From the IMG/VR virus record IMGVR_UViG_3300033141_001667, positions 1 through 56,815 of that record: a stretch of 56,815 nt of DNA. One strand, 5' to 3'. This document shows, in pieces, positions 36,986-45,228 of the stretch. The DNA comes from a virus. Lineage: Duplodnaviria > Caudoviricetes. The notes beneath the pieces are model-generated. The model did not search any database. It was not told the DNA's origin and was given only the letters and a program-made list of their open reading frames with translations. Each line of letters starts with the position of its first letter. The stretch's first letter is position 1. A program made the translations under genes and the position numbers.

Positions 36986-39241
36986 ATGACCGACAGAGCG
37001 TTATTTACTAAAGCAAATGAAGTTGTGAGAATTGAGCATACTGGATTTACTGATTGGTCTGCCCAGCAAATTCTTACTATTGCAACTGATCCCACCATTC
37101 CATCACCGCCAACTCTTGCTGCTACTGCTGCCGACCAAGCTATTGATCTTACAATAACTGCCCCGACTACGAATACTGACGGCACTGCGATTACCGATAT
37201 CTTAGAATATAATATCTATTATGACACAACAGATGCCATTGATGTAACTAACAACGCGACATATGCCGGTGTTTATTCTATCTCCGCTACTAAGAAAACC
37301 CACCCCACATCGGCTCAGCACTATTTTAAAGCAACTTGTGTAGACAAGTGGGGTAATGAGTCAGCTGGGTCCAATGAGGTCAATGCAACCCCAATCGTGG
37401 CCTCTGGGGTGCCTGTATCGATTGATGACTATACAGATAACTTCGATAGCATTCTTACTGGTTATGGCAATATTGGGATCATCTTCAATGTGCCGAAACC
37501 TACTTGGGAAAGATGGGCTGGTTGGAAGTTATACGCCAACAATGATGGTGGGGCTGGATCAGGGGCTCTTACTGGAGATCCTGTTGCTGATGGAGATCTT
37601 ATTTATACTGGCTCTGGCGGCAGTTTTATTCATAAGGGACTTAACACCGAATGGTTATATGAATATGGGTTAGTTGTTCTTGGAGAAGATGGCACTGTCA
37701 CATCTGGAACAGTCAGCAATAATTCCGGAGCTGGATATCAACCGAATGAAACCGACAATTCAAACTTCGATGGAACCGTAATAGCGAGCAGAGTCGTTTC
37801 GACAGGAGAAGTTAGGGGTGATCACTTCTACGCATCAAGTTATCTTCATATCGGAGTGCCTGGATGGCAAAGCGATGGATGCCAATTTGAATATAATGGC
37901 GGAAATCCCCGTGGATATATAGGCGATGGAGCAGACGCCTTCTTTAAATATGATGGAACAAAGATAACATGGAAGGCGGCTAATACCGAACTTGACGATG
38001 AGGGAAACCTTATAGCGACAAGCGCAACTCTCTCTGGCGCAATCACAGCAACATCAGGAGCTATTGGCGGATTCACGCTAGCCACTCATCTCTACACAGG
38101 ATCAAAGACAGCTTATAATGATACAAATGCCGGTATTCATATTGGCACAGACGGAATTGGAATTGGCAATAATGTATTTACTGTCAGCGCAGCGGGGGCT
38201 TTGGTGGCGACGAGCGCAACGATCACTGGCGCAGTCACAATCTCCAGTGGTTCAGGAATTGCGAATCTGTCTGATGCTGGGGCTCTTGCTGTTCTCAATG
38301 TTGTGGGGACAGCACAGATTGACAATCTTGCAGTAACAAGTGCAAAGATCAAGGACCTGTCTTTTGACAAGATCACCGCTGCAACGAATACGGCTAGCCT
38401 GACGATTGGGGGATCAGGCTATCTCAAATCGTCTAATTACTCGGCGGGGTCGGCAGGATTCAAAATCGACGGAGACGGCGATGCCGAGTTCAATGACGTA
38501 ACCGTGCGTGGCAAGATCATTGCGAATGTGTCTGGATCAAGTGTCCCGTGGGGTTATGTGAGTGGCGTGAATGTGACTTATGGTCAAATTGCAGCGAATG
38601 CAGTGAGGACGAATGAGATTTACATTGATGGGGATGTTGACTTTTCGGCGGTCGGAACACGGCAAGCGTGCAAAGGAATCAATGGCCTGTATTTCTCGAA
38701 CACAAAGAATGTAGCATCTCCTCACATTCTCATTAACGCCGGTAATTTGTATCTGTCAGAAGGTACTGGACGAGCAAGCTTAACCCTTGATGAGACAGGA
38801 GTAGTTCTGACAAATAACGGATACAACTCAATTCTAACAATATCAAGTGGCGACGATATCTACTTAGAGCCTGGAATCAATAACGAAGATGCCGTGATAG
38901 GCACGTTCAAATATATCAATTATCGGATATATAATGGAAACGCACCTACATCATGGGAAGAAGTAGACGCCTCCGAACAAGTTGGTAGTCGTCGGGCCTT
39001 ATTGTTATTGAGAATTGAGAATAATGGATCAGGTTCTATGAACGTTCGCTTCAGGCCATCAGATGAGAGCGGGGAACAAGATCCTAATTGTCATGATTGG
39101 CCGGGCGCTTTCGGGACACGAGTTGATGATATACAAGAGGTTCAGTGGGTGTGGGTTCTGACAGGGACTACTGGCCGTTATGATTGGGATTCAGATGTAA
39201 ATAATTCGTGCTATGTTAATATTCTCGGATACTTCGCATAA
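36986..39241 (+). CDS. central tail fibre / host-specificity protein (FN3 plus fibre repeats)
   Basis: TNTDGT, YFKATCVDKWGNES FN3 motif; GAITATSGAIGGF, TAQIDNLAVTSAKI, SSNYSAGSAGFKIDGDGDAEFNDVTVRG. Confidence 0.82.
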   Translation: MTDRALFTKANEVVRIEHTGFTDWSAQQILTIATDPTIPSPPTLAATAADQAIDLTITAPTTNTDGTAITDILEYNIYYDTTDAIDVTNNATYAGVYSISATKKTHPTSAQHYFKATCVDKWGNESAGSNEVNATPIVASGVPVSIDDYTDNFDSILTGYGNIGIIFNVPKPTWERWAGWKLYANNDGGAGSGALTGDPVADGDLIYTGSGGSFIHKGLNTEWLYEYGLVVLGEDGTVTSGTVSNNSGAGYQPNETDNSNFDGTVIASRVVSTGEVRGDHFYASSYLHIGVPGWQSDGCQFEYNGGNPRGYIGDGADAFFKYDGTKITWKAANTELDDEGNLIATSATLSGAITATSGAIGGFTLATHLYTGSKTAYNDTNAGIHIGTDGIGIGNNVFTVSAAGALVATSATITGAVTISSGSGIANLSDAGALAVLNVVGTAQIDNLAVTSAKIKDLSFDKITAATNTASLTIGGSGYLKSSNYSAGSAGFKIDGDGDAEFNDVTVRGKIIANVSGSSVPWGYVSGVNVTYGQIAANAVRTNEIYIDGDVDFSAVGTRQACKGINGLYFSNTKNVASPHILINAGNLYLSEGTGRASLTLDETGVVLTNNGYNSILTISSGDDIYLEPGINNEDAVIGTFKYINYRIYNGNAPTSWEEVDASEQVGSRRALLLLRIENNGSGSMNVRFRPSDESGEQDPNCHDWPGAFGTRVDDIQEVQWVWVLTGTTGRYDWDSDVNNSCYVNILGYFA

Positions 39242-39266
39242 TCAGTGAATTTCAAGGAGATATAGA

Positions 39267-39629
39267 ATGAAAAGGATGATTCTAATAGCAGCAATGTTGG
39301 TATTGTTTGGTATCGGAGCCTCAGCAAGCAGTTTTACTGCATTCATTCAACCGGATGAGCGTGTGCCATACTTTGGTGTCCGAGGATTTCATGAAAAGAT
39401 TTGCGATGGCATAGAGTTCTCCTTAATGTGGGAAGTAGGACAGTTTACATTCATCGAGCCACGGCCATTAAGAGACTTGCCGTTCTACATTCTCGAATTC
39501 AGACCACAACTACAACTTATGGTCGGTAATGAATGGTGGATCGGCGTAGCGGTATTCAATCAGATAAGAACGAATCATCCGGGGCATTATGTATTCCAGC
39601 CTGAGTTCTTTATCCGGCACGAGTGGTAA
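39267..39629 (+). CDS. exported, putative small outer-membrane beta-barrel protein
   Basis: Signal peptide MKRMILIAAMLVLFGIGASA; alternating hydrophobic strands; aromatic C-terminus ...FFIRHEW. Confidence 0.55.
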   Translation: MKRMILIAAMLVLFGIGASASSFTAFIQPDERVPYFGVRGFHEKICDGIEFSLMWEVGQFTFIEPRPLRDLPFYILEFRPQLQLMVGNEWWIGVAVFNQIRTNHPGHYVFQPEFFIRHEW

Positions 39630-39764
39630 ATGAAATAAAAATAGTCCAAGAGAGTTTAGTGTTTAATCCGATTATTATGAGACAATGGTATATTGGCGAT
39701 GGCTGTCTTTATTATCCTAAGAACAGTAATAATAGGCCATATAATAGAATAAAGGATAAATAAT

Positions 39765-41141
39765 ATGTTCATGGAACACCCGATGGGTCTCTGGAATGTA
39801 GACTACATCACCATTAAAGGCGGCAATAATTCTTATTTACGTTTGGGTTCCGTAACTACTACTCAGAGAGACGCATTACCAGCAATTGATGGAACATTAA
39901 TTTATAATAAAACAACATCTACTATCCAAGGTTACTATGATGGATCATGGGTTGACTGGTCAGCCGCTGGCGCTGGCTCTGATACAACCGCTATTCATGA
40001 TGACACTGCTGGAGAGATCGTTGCGATAACCGAGAAGACATCTCCTGTTGGCGCTGATGAATTCCTGATCGAAGATTCAGAGGACTCAAACAACAAGAAG
40101 TCTGTCAAGTTTTCTAACCTCGGTTCTGCTGGCGTTCCCATGAAAACGTCTGAGGCCATTACGATCTACGTCGATACAGGTGGAAATGACTCGACCGGCG
40201 ATGGATCAAGCGGTAATCCTTATCTTACAGTGAACAAAGCCGTTGCCCACTATCTTAAATGTTATCCTTATATCGCTCATGACTGTGCGATTGCTATTGG
40301 TGCGGGAACATTTACTTTGACTAGCGCGATTGATCTAGCGGGATTGGCGATCTTTGGATCGCTTACCTTCACCGCTAAAGACACTTCAGACAACCTTCTC
40401 TATGATCGTGGGACGGCTGACGCCGGCGGTGGGAATAACGAACTAGATGATACTTCTAAATCCTGGGATGTAGATGAATGGAACGGCGGATGGGTTGCCA
40501 TCATTAAAGGGACAGGTGCGGGGCAAGTTCGCACGATCTCAGATACGACAGCAACAAAATTGACCGTAAGCGTGAATTGGACCACAAATCCAGACGCAAC
40601 AAGCGTTTATGTATTATCAGCGACTAAGATCGATGGGAATGCGGCTGTAAGTGGTTGTTTTACAGCATCTCGAATCGATAATGTAAAACTCACTGGCTTG
40701 TACATCACTGGTGCGACTGGATGGCAGATTCTCAACTATTACGGATTCAATTGGAGGGTGACTGCTGGTTTGATCGACGGAAGCACTACAGACAATGGCA
40801 TATTCCAAAGTGGCGGAAGCATGAATATCAGAGGCACATGGGTACGTGCAGATGGCATTGGTATCCTGGGACAATACCAAGCAGCGTTAGAATTGGCTAG
40901 CTCTGGCGAAAACGCGATGTGCGTCATCGCAGGAAACGCTGGCACAGATACCGGGCTTGAGGCGAATTATAGTGCAGCAATTTACACCTCTGCCGGCAAT
41001 ATAACCTTCGTCGATTGGAACAAAGGGATCTACGCACACAACAACTCGGTTGTCGGCAACGGTTTGGGGCAGACGTTCGTAAATTGCACAACTAATGCTG
41101 ATCCTGCAGCGGCAAGTGATGCGAGCTTCATCGAGGCATAG
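39765..41141 (+). CDS. tail fibre/spike protein with a beta-helix domain
   Basis: TTTQRDAL.A.DGTLIYNKTT motif; IYVDTGGNDSTGDGSSGNPYLTV; GTGAGQVRTI...WTTNPDATS. Confidence 0.75.
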   Translation: MFMEHPMGLWNVDYITIKGGNNSYLRLGSVTTTQRDALPAIDGTLIYNKTTSTIQGYYDGSWVDWSAAGAGSDTTAIHDDTAGEIVAITEKTSPVGADEFLIEDSEDSNNKKSVKFSNLGSAGVPMKTSEAITIYVDTGGNDSTGDGSSGNPYLTVNKAVAHYLKCYPYIAHDCAIAIGAGTFTLTSAIDLAGLAIFGSLTFTAKDTSDNLLYDRGTADAGGGNNELDDTSKSWDVDEWNGGWVAIIKGTGAGQVRTISDTTATKLTVSVNWTTNPDATSVYVLSATKIDGNAAVSGCFTASRIDNVKLTGLYITGATGWQILNYYGFNWRVTAGLIDGSTTDNGIFQSGGSMNIRGTWVRADGIGILGQYQAALELASSGENAMCVIAGNAGTDTGLEANYSAAIYTSAGNITFVDWNKGIYAHNNSVVGNGLGQTFVNCTTNADPAAASDASFIEA

Positions 41142-41149
41142 GAGGCACT

Positions 41150-41479
41150 ATGTGGGTATTGGTTTATAGCAAGGATTACAGTGGCCACAAGGCAGGAGAT
41201 CTGCATCTGATCGGGCGCGGGGCGTTTCGTCCGTCGAATCACAAGATGGAGATTCTTGAATATGTCGAAGTGCCGGAACAGGTTACGAAATATCTTTATG
41301 CCGATGACGAACTGTGCGGCAAATTATCTGATCTCAAGCAGTACACGCCAGAAGAGAAAGAGAAGTTGCCGTCTACTGCCATGGCTGCATTGAAAGCCCG
41401 TGGTCCAGCGACGAATGAAACGATGCCTGGATTGCTTGAGAGGATTCAACTAATTGAGAGGGCTCTTGGATTGGAATAG
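41150..41479 (+). CDS. hypothetical protein (possible fibre chaperone)
   Basis: AGGAGG RBS; follows the fibre gene; C-terminal LLERIQLIE. Confidence 0.6.
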   Translation: MWVLVYSKDYSGHKAGDLHLIGRGAFRPSNHKMEILEYVEVPEQVTKYLYADDELCGKLSDLKQYTPEEKEKLPSTAMAALKARGPATNETMPGLLERIQLIERALGLE

Positions 41480-41602
41480 GTGGTATGCGGCACCAGGCCA
41501 CACGCAAGAGAATTTGAGGGAATCTTAGGGGTATAGCATAGGTATCACGCTTGCGTCTTGCAACATTTCCTCCGTCGCCGCATAATCATTGAATAGAATT
41601 TC

Positions 41603-41643
41603 TTGATCTGATCTACAAAATAGTGTATAATTGTAGATCAGAT
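41603..41643 (+). promoter_or_regulatory. promoter TTGATC-N17-TATAAT overlapped by a 13-bp inverted repeat
   Basis: ATCTGATCTACAA (41606-18) / TTGTAGATCAGAT (41631-43) bracket the -10. Confidence 0.7.
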
Positions 41644-41700
41644 TAGCTGGCTCAAGTCAGCGTAATGCCCTATACAAAGGGCAACAAAAGGAGAAAACAA

Positions 41701-42177
41701 ATGAAGAAAGTACTCGGTTTTATGATGGCAGTGGTGCTGATGTTTAGCGCGGCTGTATTTGCTGGCCCGTTTTTTGGTGTTAACTATAGCGAAGCTGGCT
41801 TCCTTGATATTTACACGGGCGCAAACTTCGATGTCTTTTCTGTTAAAGCAACATTTAGCGATGTTGATACTCAGACTCCATCTATCGTGGTCGGATTTTC
41901 CACCACAATTGATAAGGATGCAATTGAAGTTGAGGCAGGTGTTGATTTCTTATTCGAGCCGATTGGTCCGTGGCCTGTTGCATGGCAACTCGACGGCATT
42001 GATCTTGGCATTGATGGGTCTGTAGATCTTGGCCCATTATTCGAGACAAATTGGGATGTTAGGCTGAATGGAAATCTTGGCTTGCTGCTAGACGATTCCT
42101 TCACTGTAACTCTAACATGGGGCGTTGGCTTCTACATAGAAATGCCCTGGTTCATAAAGACAGTTGAAAGTCTCTAA
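41701..42177 (+). CDS. exported, putative outer-membrane beta-barrel protein
   Basis: Signal peptide MKKVLGFMMAVVLMFSAAVFA; amphipathic strands (IEVEAGVDF, WDVRLNGNLGL, LTWGVGFYIE). Confidence 0.65.
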   Translation: MKKVLGFMMAVVLMFSAAVFAGPFFGVNYSEAGFLDIYTGANFDVFSVKATFSDVDTQTPSIVVGFSTTIDKDAIEVEAGVDFLFEPIGPWPVAWQLDGIDLGIDGSVDLGPLFETNWDVRLNGNLGLLLDDSFTVTLTWGVGFYIEMPWFIKTVESL

Positions 42178-42188
42178 ATTGCAAAAAA

Positions 42189-42216
42189 TCCTCTCCCGAC
42201 TTCGGTCGGGGGAGGA
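42189..42216 (+). terminator. cUUCGg-capped hairpin between the beta-barrel and holin genes
   Basis: TCCTCTCCCGAC-TTCG-GTCGGGGGAGGA; U-tract only on the minus side. Confidence 0.55.
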
Positions 42217-42232
42217 ATCAGGAGGACTGGAT

Positions 42233-42436
42233 ATGTTAAAGACTATTGTAGAGAAACTATTATCGAGGAAATTCCTAGCCCTTGTCGGAACAGTTACTGC
42301 TGCCGTAGCTGGCGAGAATATGATTGAGTCATTCCCTAGTTGGGTTATCCTTATTCTTGGTGTTGTATACATTTTAGGCAACGTAGCCCAAAAATTCTTA
42401 CTTGGATGGCTTGACCTGAAAAAAAATAAGGCATAG
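42233..42436 (+). CDS. holin (putative)
   Basis: 67 aa, KLLSRKFLALV motif, two TM helices, YILGN, basic tail; AGGAGG RBS. Confidence 0.7.
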   Translation: MLKTIVEKLLSRKFLALVGTVTAAVAGENMIESFPSWVILILGVVYILGNVAQKFLLGWLDLKKNKA

Positions 42437-42445
42437 GGGGAGAAT

Positions 42446-43261
42446 ATGAGCATCAAAAGCGTTTTAAGGATAGTGTTGCTTTTGACTATGTTCGGGGGTA
42501 TGCTATCCACAACTACTGGATGCATATTTTCTGCTCCAGCTGAGTTATATGCGAATCCGCAATCTGGCGTTCCGTCACTATCTGATGGTGGGTTAATGGT
42601 TACATTCGCATCGAATGGGATTATCCAATCCATCGATTACGGAGATGGAGAAACAGGAGTCTCAAACAATCATCTTTACGTAAAAGTTGGAGAGTATCAA
42701 ATCGTTGCCAAAATTCTTATAAAAGACAAAACAAAGATTGCCACTCTCACAGTCACCGTAAGGAATAATCCACCTAAAGTATATCCTCCGTTTGTCTCAG
42801 GCAGCTACACTCAAAAGAGAGGCATTGCCATCGTAGATGGACGCAGGCAACAGCATGGATGTACTGGTGGCGGAACAGCAGAAAACTATGGTGCATGGCC
42901 CCGATATGGAGAGGTATTTATTTACTCGTGGAAAATTACTATCAGATATCCTGACGATAGCGAATTAGTAGTTTTTGGAGATGGATCTGAAGAATATCCG
43001 CTATCTCTTATTAGTTGGCATGTTGGATCTGCGTATAAGGTCTTTCCAGATCAATATCCAGTACCCACAATAGATGGGATATGGATACCATCGAATTACG
43101 CGCCCAGAGGTACATGCCCCGATGTAGATCCATGGGATGATTATCCCGAAGCTGAGAAAACTGCTGTGGCAATAATCGAGATGCACGTTGAAAATCAATT
43201 AGGATGTTGGGCGGTTTCTACCAACACAGTAAATGTGTATAATGGTGGAGGCTGTAACTAG
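42446..43261 (+). CDS. PKD-domain lipoprotein
   Basis: Lipobox-like TTGC; ANPQSG..L.VTF, IDYGDGE, HLYVKVGEYQI PKD pattern; NNPP. Confidence 0.7.
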   Translation: MSIKSVLRIVLLLTMFGGMLSTTTGCIFSAPAELYANPQSGVPSLSDGGLMVTFASNGIIQSIDYGDGETGVSNNHLYVKVGEYQIVAKILIKDKTKIATLTVTVRNNPPKVYPPFVSGSYTQKRGIAIVDGRRQQHGCTGGGTAENYGAWPRYGEVFIYSWKITIRYPDDSELVVFGDGSEEYPLSLISWHVGSAYKVFPDQYPVPTIDGIWIPSNYAPRGTCPDVDPWDDYPEAEKTAVAIIEMHVENQLGCWAVSTNTVNVYNGGGCN

Positions 43262-43305
43262 AAGATATAAATCCTCTTGCAGGTGAAAGCCTGTAACCCC
43301 TCCGG

Positions 43306-43343
43306 GACGCGGCGAGGCCCTTAAATGCGGCCCGCCGCGTTTT
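43306..43343 (+). terminator. terminator ending the late operon
   Basis: GACGCGGCG...CGCCGCGTTTT at convergent genes. Confidence 0.7.
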
Positions 43344-43376
43344 GTATTGTGGAAGATAATAGTCTCTAGTTTTCTT

Positions 43377-43778
43377 CTAATGCTGTTTATCTGCTGACCT
43401 TGCTACTAACCCTAACTCATCAATTCGTTCACCAAACAGATTTTCGTGATAACTGATAACCTCTCCGGTTTCCTTTCTTACCCGTTTAATCTTCTTAGCT
43501 GTTTGAATCTCTACAAAAGCTGCTGGACGCCTACAGTAATGTTGTTCGCCCGATACTATAGCATCGTCTACTGGTAAGAATCTTGCCTTGCACATTTCAT
43601 CTGTTACCTGAGATCTATCAAGATACATTGCGTAATTTTTCTCTAGCGCTTTCTCATCAATATACCCAAGACAAATAGAGCCAAATTGCCACTTGCATCT
43701 GCGCCAATTCTTATGTTTCTTCTGCGCCGAAGGGGTATCGCAGGGTTTTTTATTTTTCTTCGCCGCCATCTTCCCCAT
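43377..43778 (-). CDS. hypothetical basic Cys-containing protein
   Basis: 133 aa ORF in the leftward operon. Confidence 0.6.
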   Translation of the reverse strand: MGKMAAKKNKKPCDTPSAQKKHKNWRRCKWQFGSICLGYIDEKALEKNYAMYLDRSQVTDEMCKARFLPVDDAIVSGEQHYCRRPAAFVEIQTAKKIKRVRKETGEVISYHENLFGERIDELGLVARSADKQH

Positions 43779-43893
43779 TCAATTCCATTCTATTTGACTG
43801 CTTATTTTTAAGCCACGCTGAGTACATCCTAGGGGCTAATTTAGTCCCAAAGACAACTTCAAATGCGGCCATCATTTCTTCTTTTGTTGCCAC

Positions 43894-44169
43894 TCACTCC
43901 TCCAAAATTTTCGCTACAGCATCATGCTCTCTAATTATCCAATGCTCAACATCGTCTATCATAATCTGTGTGCCAACGTATGCCCCAACAAGAATACGGT
44001 CCTTAACTCTTACATTATATCTAGTGCATAATGGGCCAACTCCAATGACAGTAGCCGGAATAAGACGATCATAGACTACGCCTTTGCGAACAATGATCCC
44101 GCCACCATAAACTCTATCTTGTTCTTCATCTTTCAACACTAAGAATCTAGCACCGCGAAGTTTAATCAT
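43894..44169 (-). CDS. groES: GroES-like co-chaperonin
   Basis: LRGARFLV...GGGIIV...ATVIGVGP...VRVKDRIL...GTQIMIDDVEHWIIREHDAVA. Confidence 0.85.
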   Translation of the reverse strand: MIKLRGARFLVLKDEEQDRVYGGGIIVRKGVVYDRLIPATVIGVGPLCTRYNVRVKDRILVGAYVGTQIMIDDVEHWIIREHDAVAKILEE

Positions 44170-44353
44170 TGAATATCTCTTTTACTGTTTCTGGTGCGTA
44201 TCCAGCAACAAATAGAAGAGGCTTTAGCATTTCTTCTATTAGCTGCTCTGCTGTAACATCCCAATTTCCTATCTCAATTGTATAGCGACGTGGGGCACCG
44301 TATGGATCATTAATTTCCAACGTTAACTTACTCATGTAACTTTGTCCTTCCAT
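44162..44353 (-). CDS. hypothetical protein
   Basis: GAGGAG RBS; coupled to groES. Confidence 0.65.
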   Translation of the reverse strand: MEGQSYMSKLTLEINDPYGAPRRYTIEIGNWDVTAEQLIEEMLKPLLFVAGYAPETVKEIFND

Positions 44354-44384
44354 AGCTACTCCTCTCGTTGCATCAAATTATCTT

Positions 44385-44413
44385 ATTATACCACAGTTAG
44401 ACTGCAAAGACAA
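44385..44413 (-). promoter_or_regulatory. promoter TTGTCT-N17-TATAAT (extended TG) for the groES operon
   Basis: Read on the minus strand. Confidence 0.7.
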
Positions 44414-44465
44414 GGGGATACTTGGGGGGATACTTGGGGGGATACTTGGGGGGATACTTGGGGGG
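44414..44465 (+). repeat. 12-bp tandem repeat G4-(ATACTT-G6)x4, G-quadruplex-competent
   Basis: Five G-tracts separated by identical ATACTT linkers. Confidence 0.9.
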
Positions 44466-44602
44466 CAATCATTGCCGGATATTCTTCTCAGACAAACACG
44501 GCAAGAAGAGCGTTTGGAGTCTGGTCGAATGGAGGGCCAGCCAAGATATAGAAGAGTAGGGGACTGACCCATGCATAGTAGCTAGTAGTCAGTCCCCAGA
44601 GC

Positions 44603-44668
44603 GAGAGCGGTGCGGACGGCGTATGGTTTCCACCCTACGCGACGAACGTTCGATTCCTTCCGCTCTCG
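44603..44668 (+). ncRNA. tRNA-like element without a D-stem (loop TTTCCAC, Gly/UCC-like)
   Basis: GAGAGCG/CGCTCTC acceptor (extendable to 9 bp), GCGTA/TACGC arm, GAACG-TTCGATT-CCTTC T-arm; no CCA. Confidence 0.5.
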
Positions 44669-44676
44669 TAGATGAG

Positions 44677-44744
44677 GGAGGCAGCAGGTTTGCGGGCCAG
44701 GTCCTATAAACTTACGTTCACGGGTTCGACTCCCGTTGCCTCCA
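44677..44744 (+). tRNA. atypical short tRNA, probable Ile(UAU)
   Basis: GGAGGCA/TGCCTCC acceptor + A73; perfect T-arm ACGGG-TTCGACT-CCCGT; loop CCTATAA; reduced D-arm; 68 nt; followed by ACA rather than CCA. Confidence 0.6.
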
Positions 44745-44791
44745 ACAGAGTGTTGTAGTATTACATTTGGCTCGATTTGTCAAAGAACAAT

Positions 44792-44818
44792 GATGCTCAA
44801 TCGCTAAGGGCATCTTTT
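44792..44818 (+). terminator. terminator after the tRNA-like cluster
   Basis: GATGCTC...GGGCATC-TTTT. Confidence 0.55.
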
Positions 44819-45227
44819 AGAACGGGCTCTCCTCATTCAATCTTGCTGTTTCGGCGGCTTCTTCTGTCAGATATTGTGTAATTTCATTACGATTAACACC
44901 CTCCCATTTTCTAACACCGACTTTAGCTAGAACAGCTCCCTTGTCTAATAGCATATCATAGCATACATTGGCAAAGTCTTCAATTGATCCAGCATCATCA
45001 TCCGGGTCTCCTCCGAGAGCGACATACACTTGCGCAAATTTGAAGAATACCTTCTCTGTTACTACCATGCGATCATAGATTTGGACACCCGTTGAACCCT
45101 CTTCCCAGACGATAGTAAGCATATCATCCCCGGCCTTACTCGGTGTATTTCTGTCAAGACTCACTAGATTCAACTCGTATACACCGGCCTCTATACAATT
45201 AGACAACAAATCCCCCACTTTAGCCAT
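44817..45227 (-). CDS. DUF669-like putative single-stranded DNA-binding protein
   Basis: IEAGVYEL...SKAGDDML...IYDR...RNEI; acidic tail ending PF; follows the AAA gene. Confidence 0.7.
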   Translation of the reverse strand: MAKVGDLLSNCIEAGVYELNLVSLDRNTPSKAGDDMLTIVWEEGSTGVQIYDRMVVTEKVFFKFAQVYVALGGDPDDDAGSIEDFANVCYDMLLDKGAVLAKVGVRKWEGVNRNEITQYLTEEAAETARLNEESPF

Positions 45228-45228
45228 C

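Noticed and set aside
44414-44465. CRISPR mini-array
   Set aside because: Units are 12 bp with identical linkers and no spacers; no repeat-spacer array was seen elsewhere in the window.
44342-44572. ORFs with GDTW or PPSI repeats
   Set aside because: Translations of the 12-bp DNA repeat with no RBS, overlapping a promoter and RNA structures.
44677-44744. Amber-suppressor or pyrrolysine tRNA (CTA in the loop)
   Set aside because: The best stem (AGGT/ACTT) centres TAT, not CTA; the T-loop is canonical, unlike tRNA-Pyl; no pyl genes are present.
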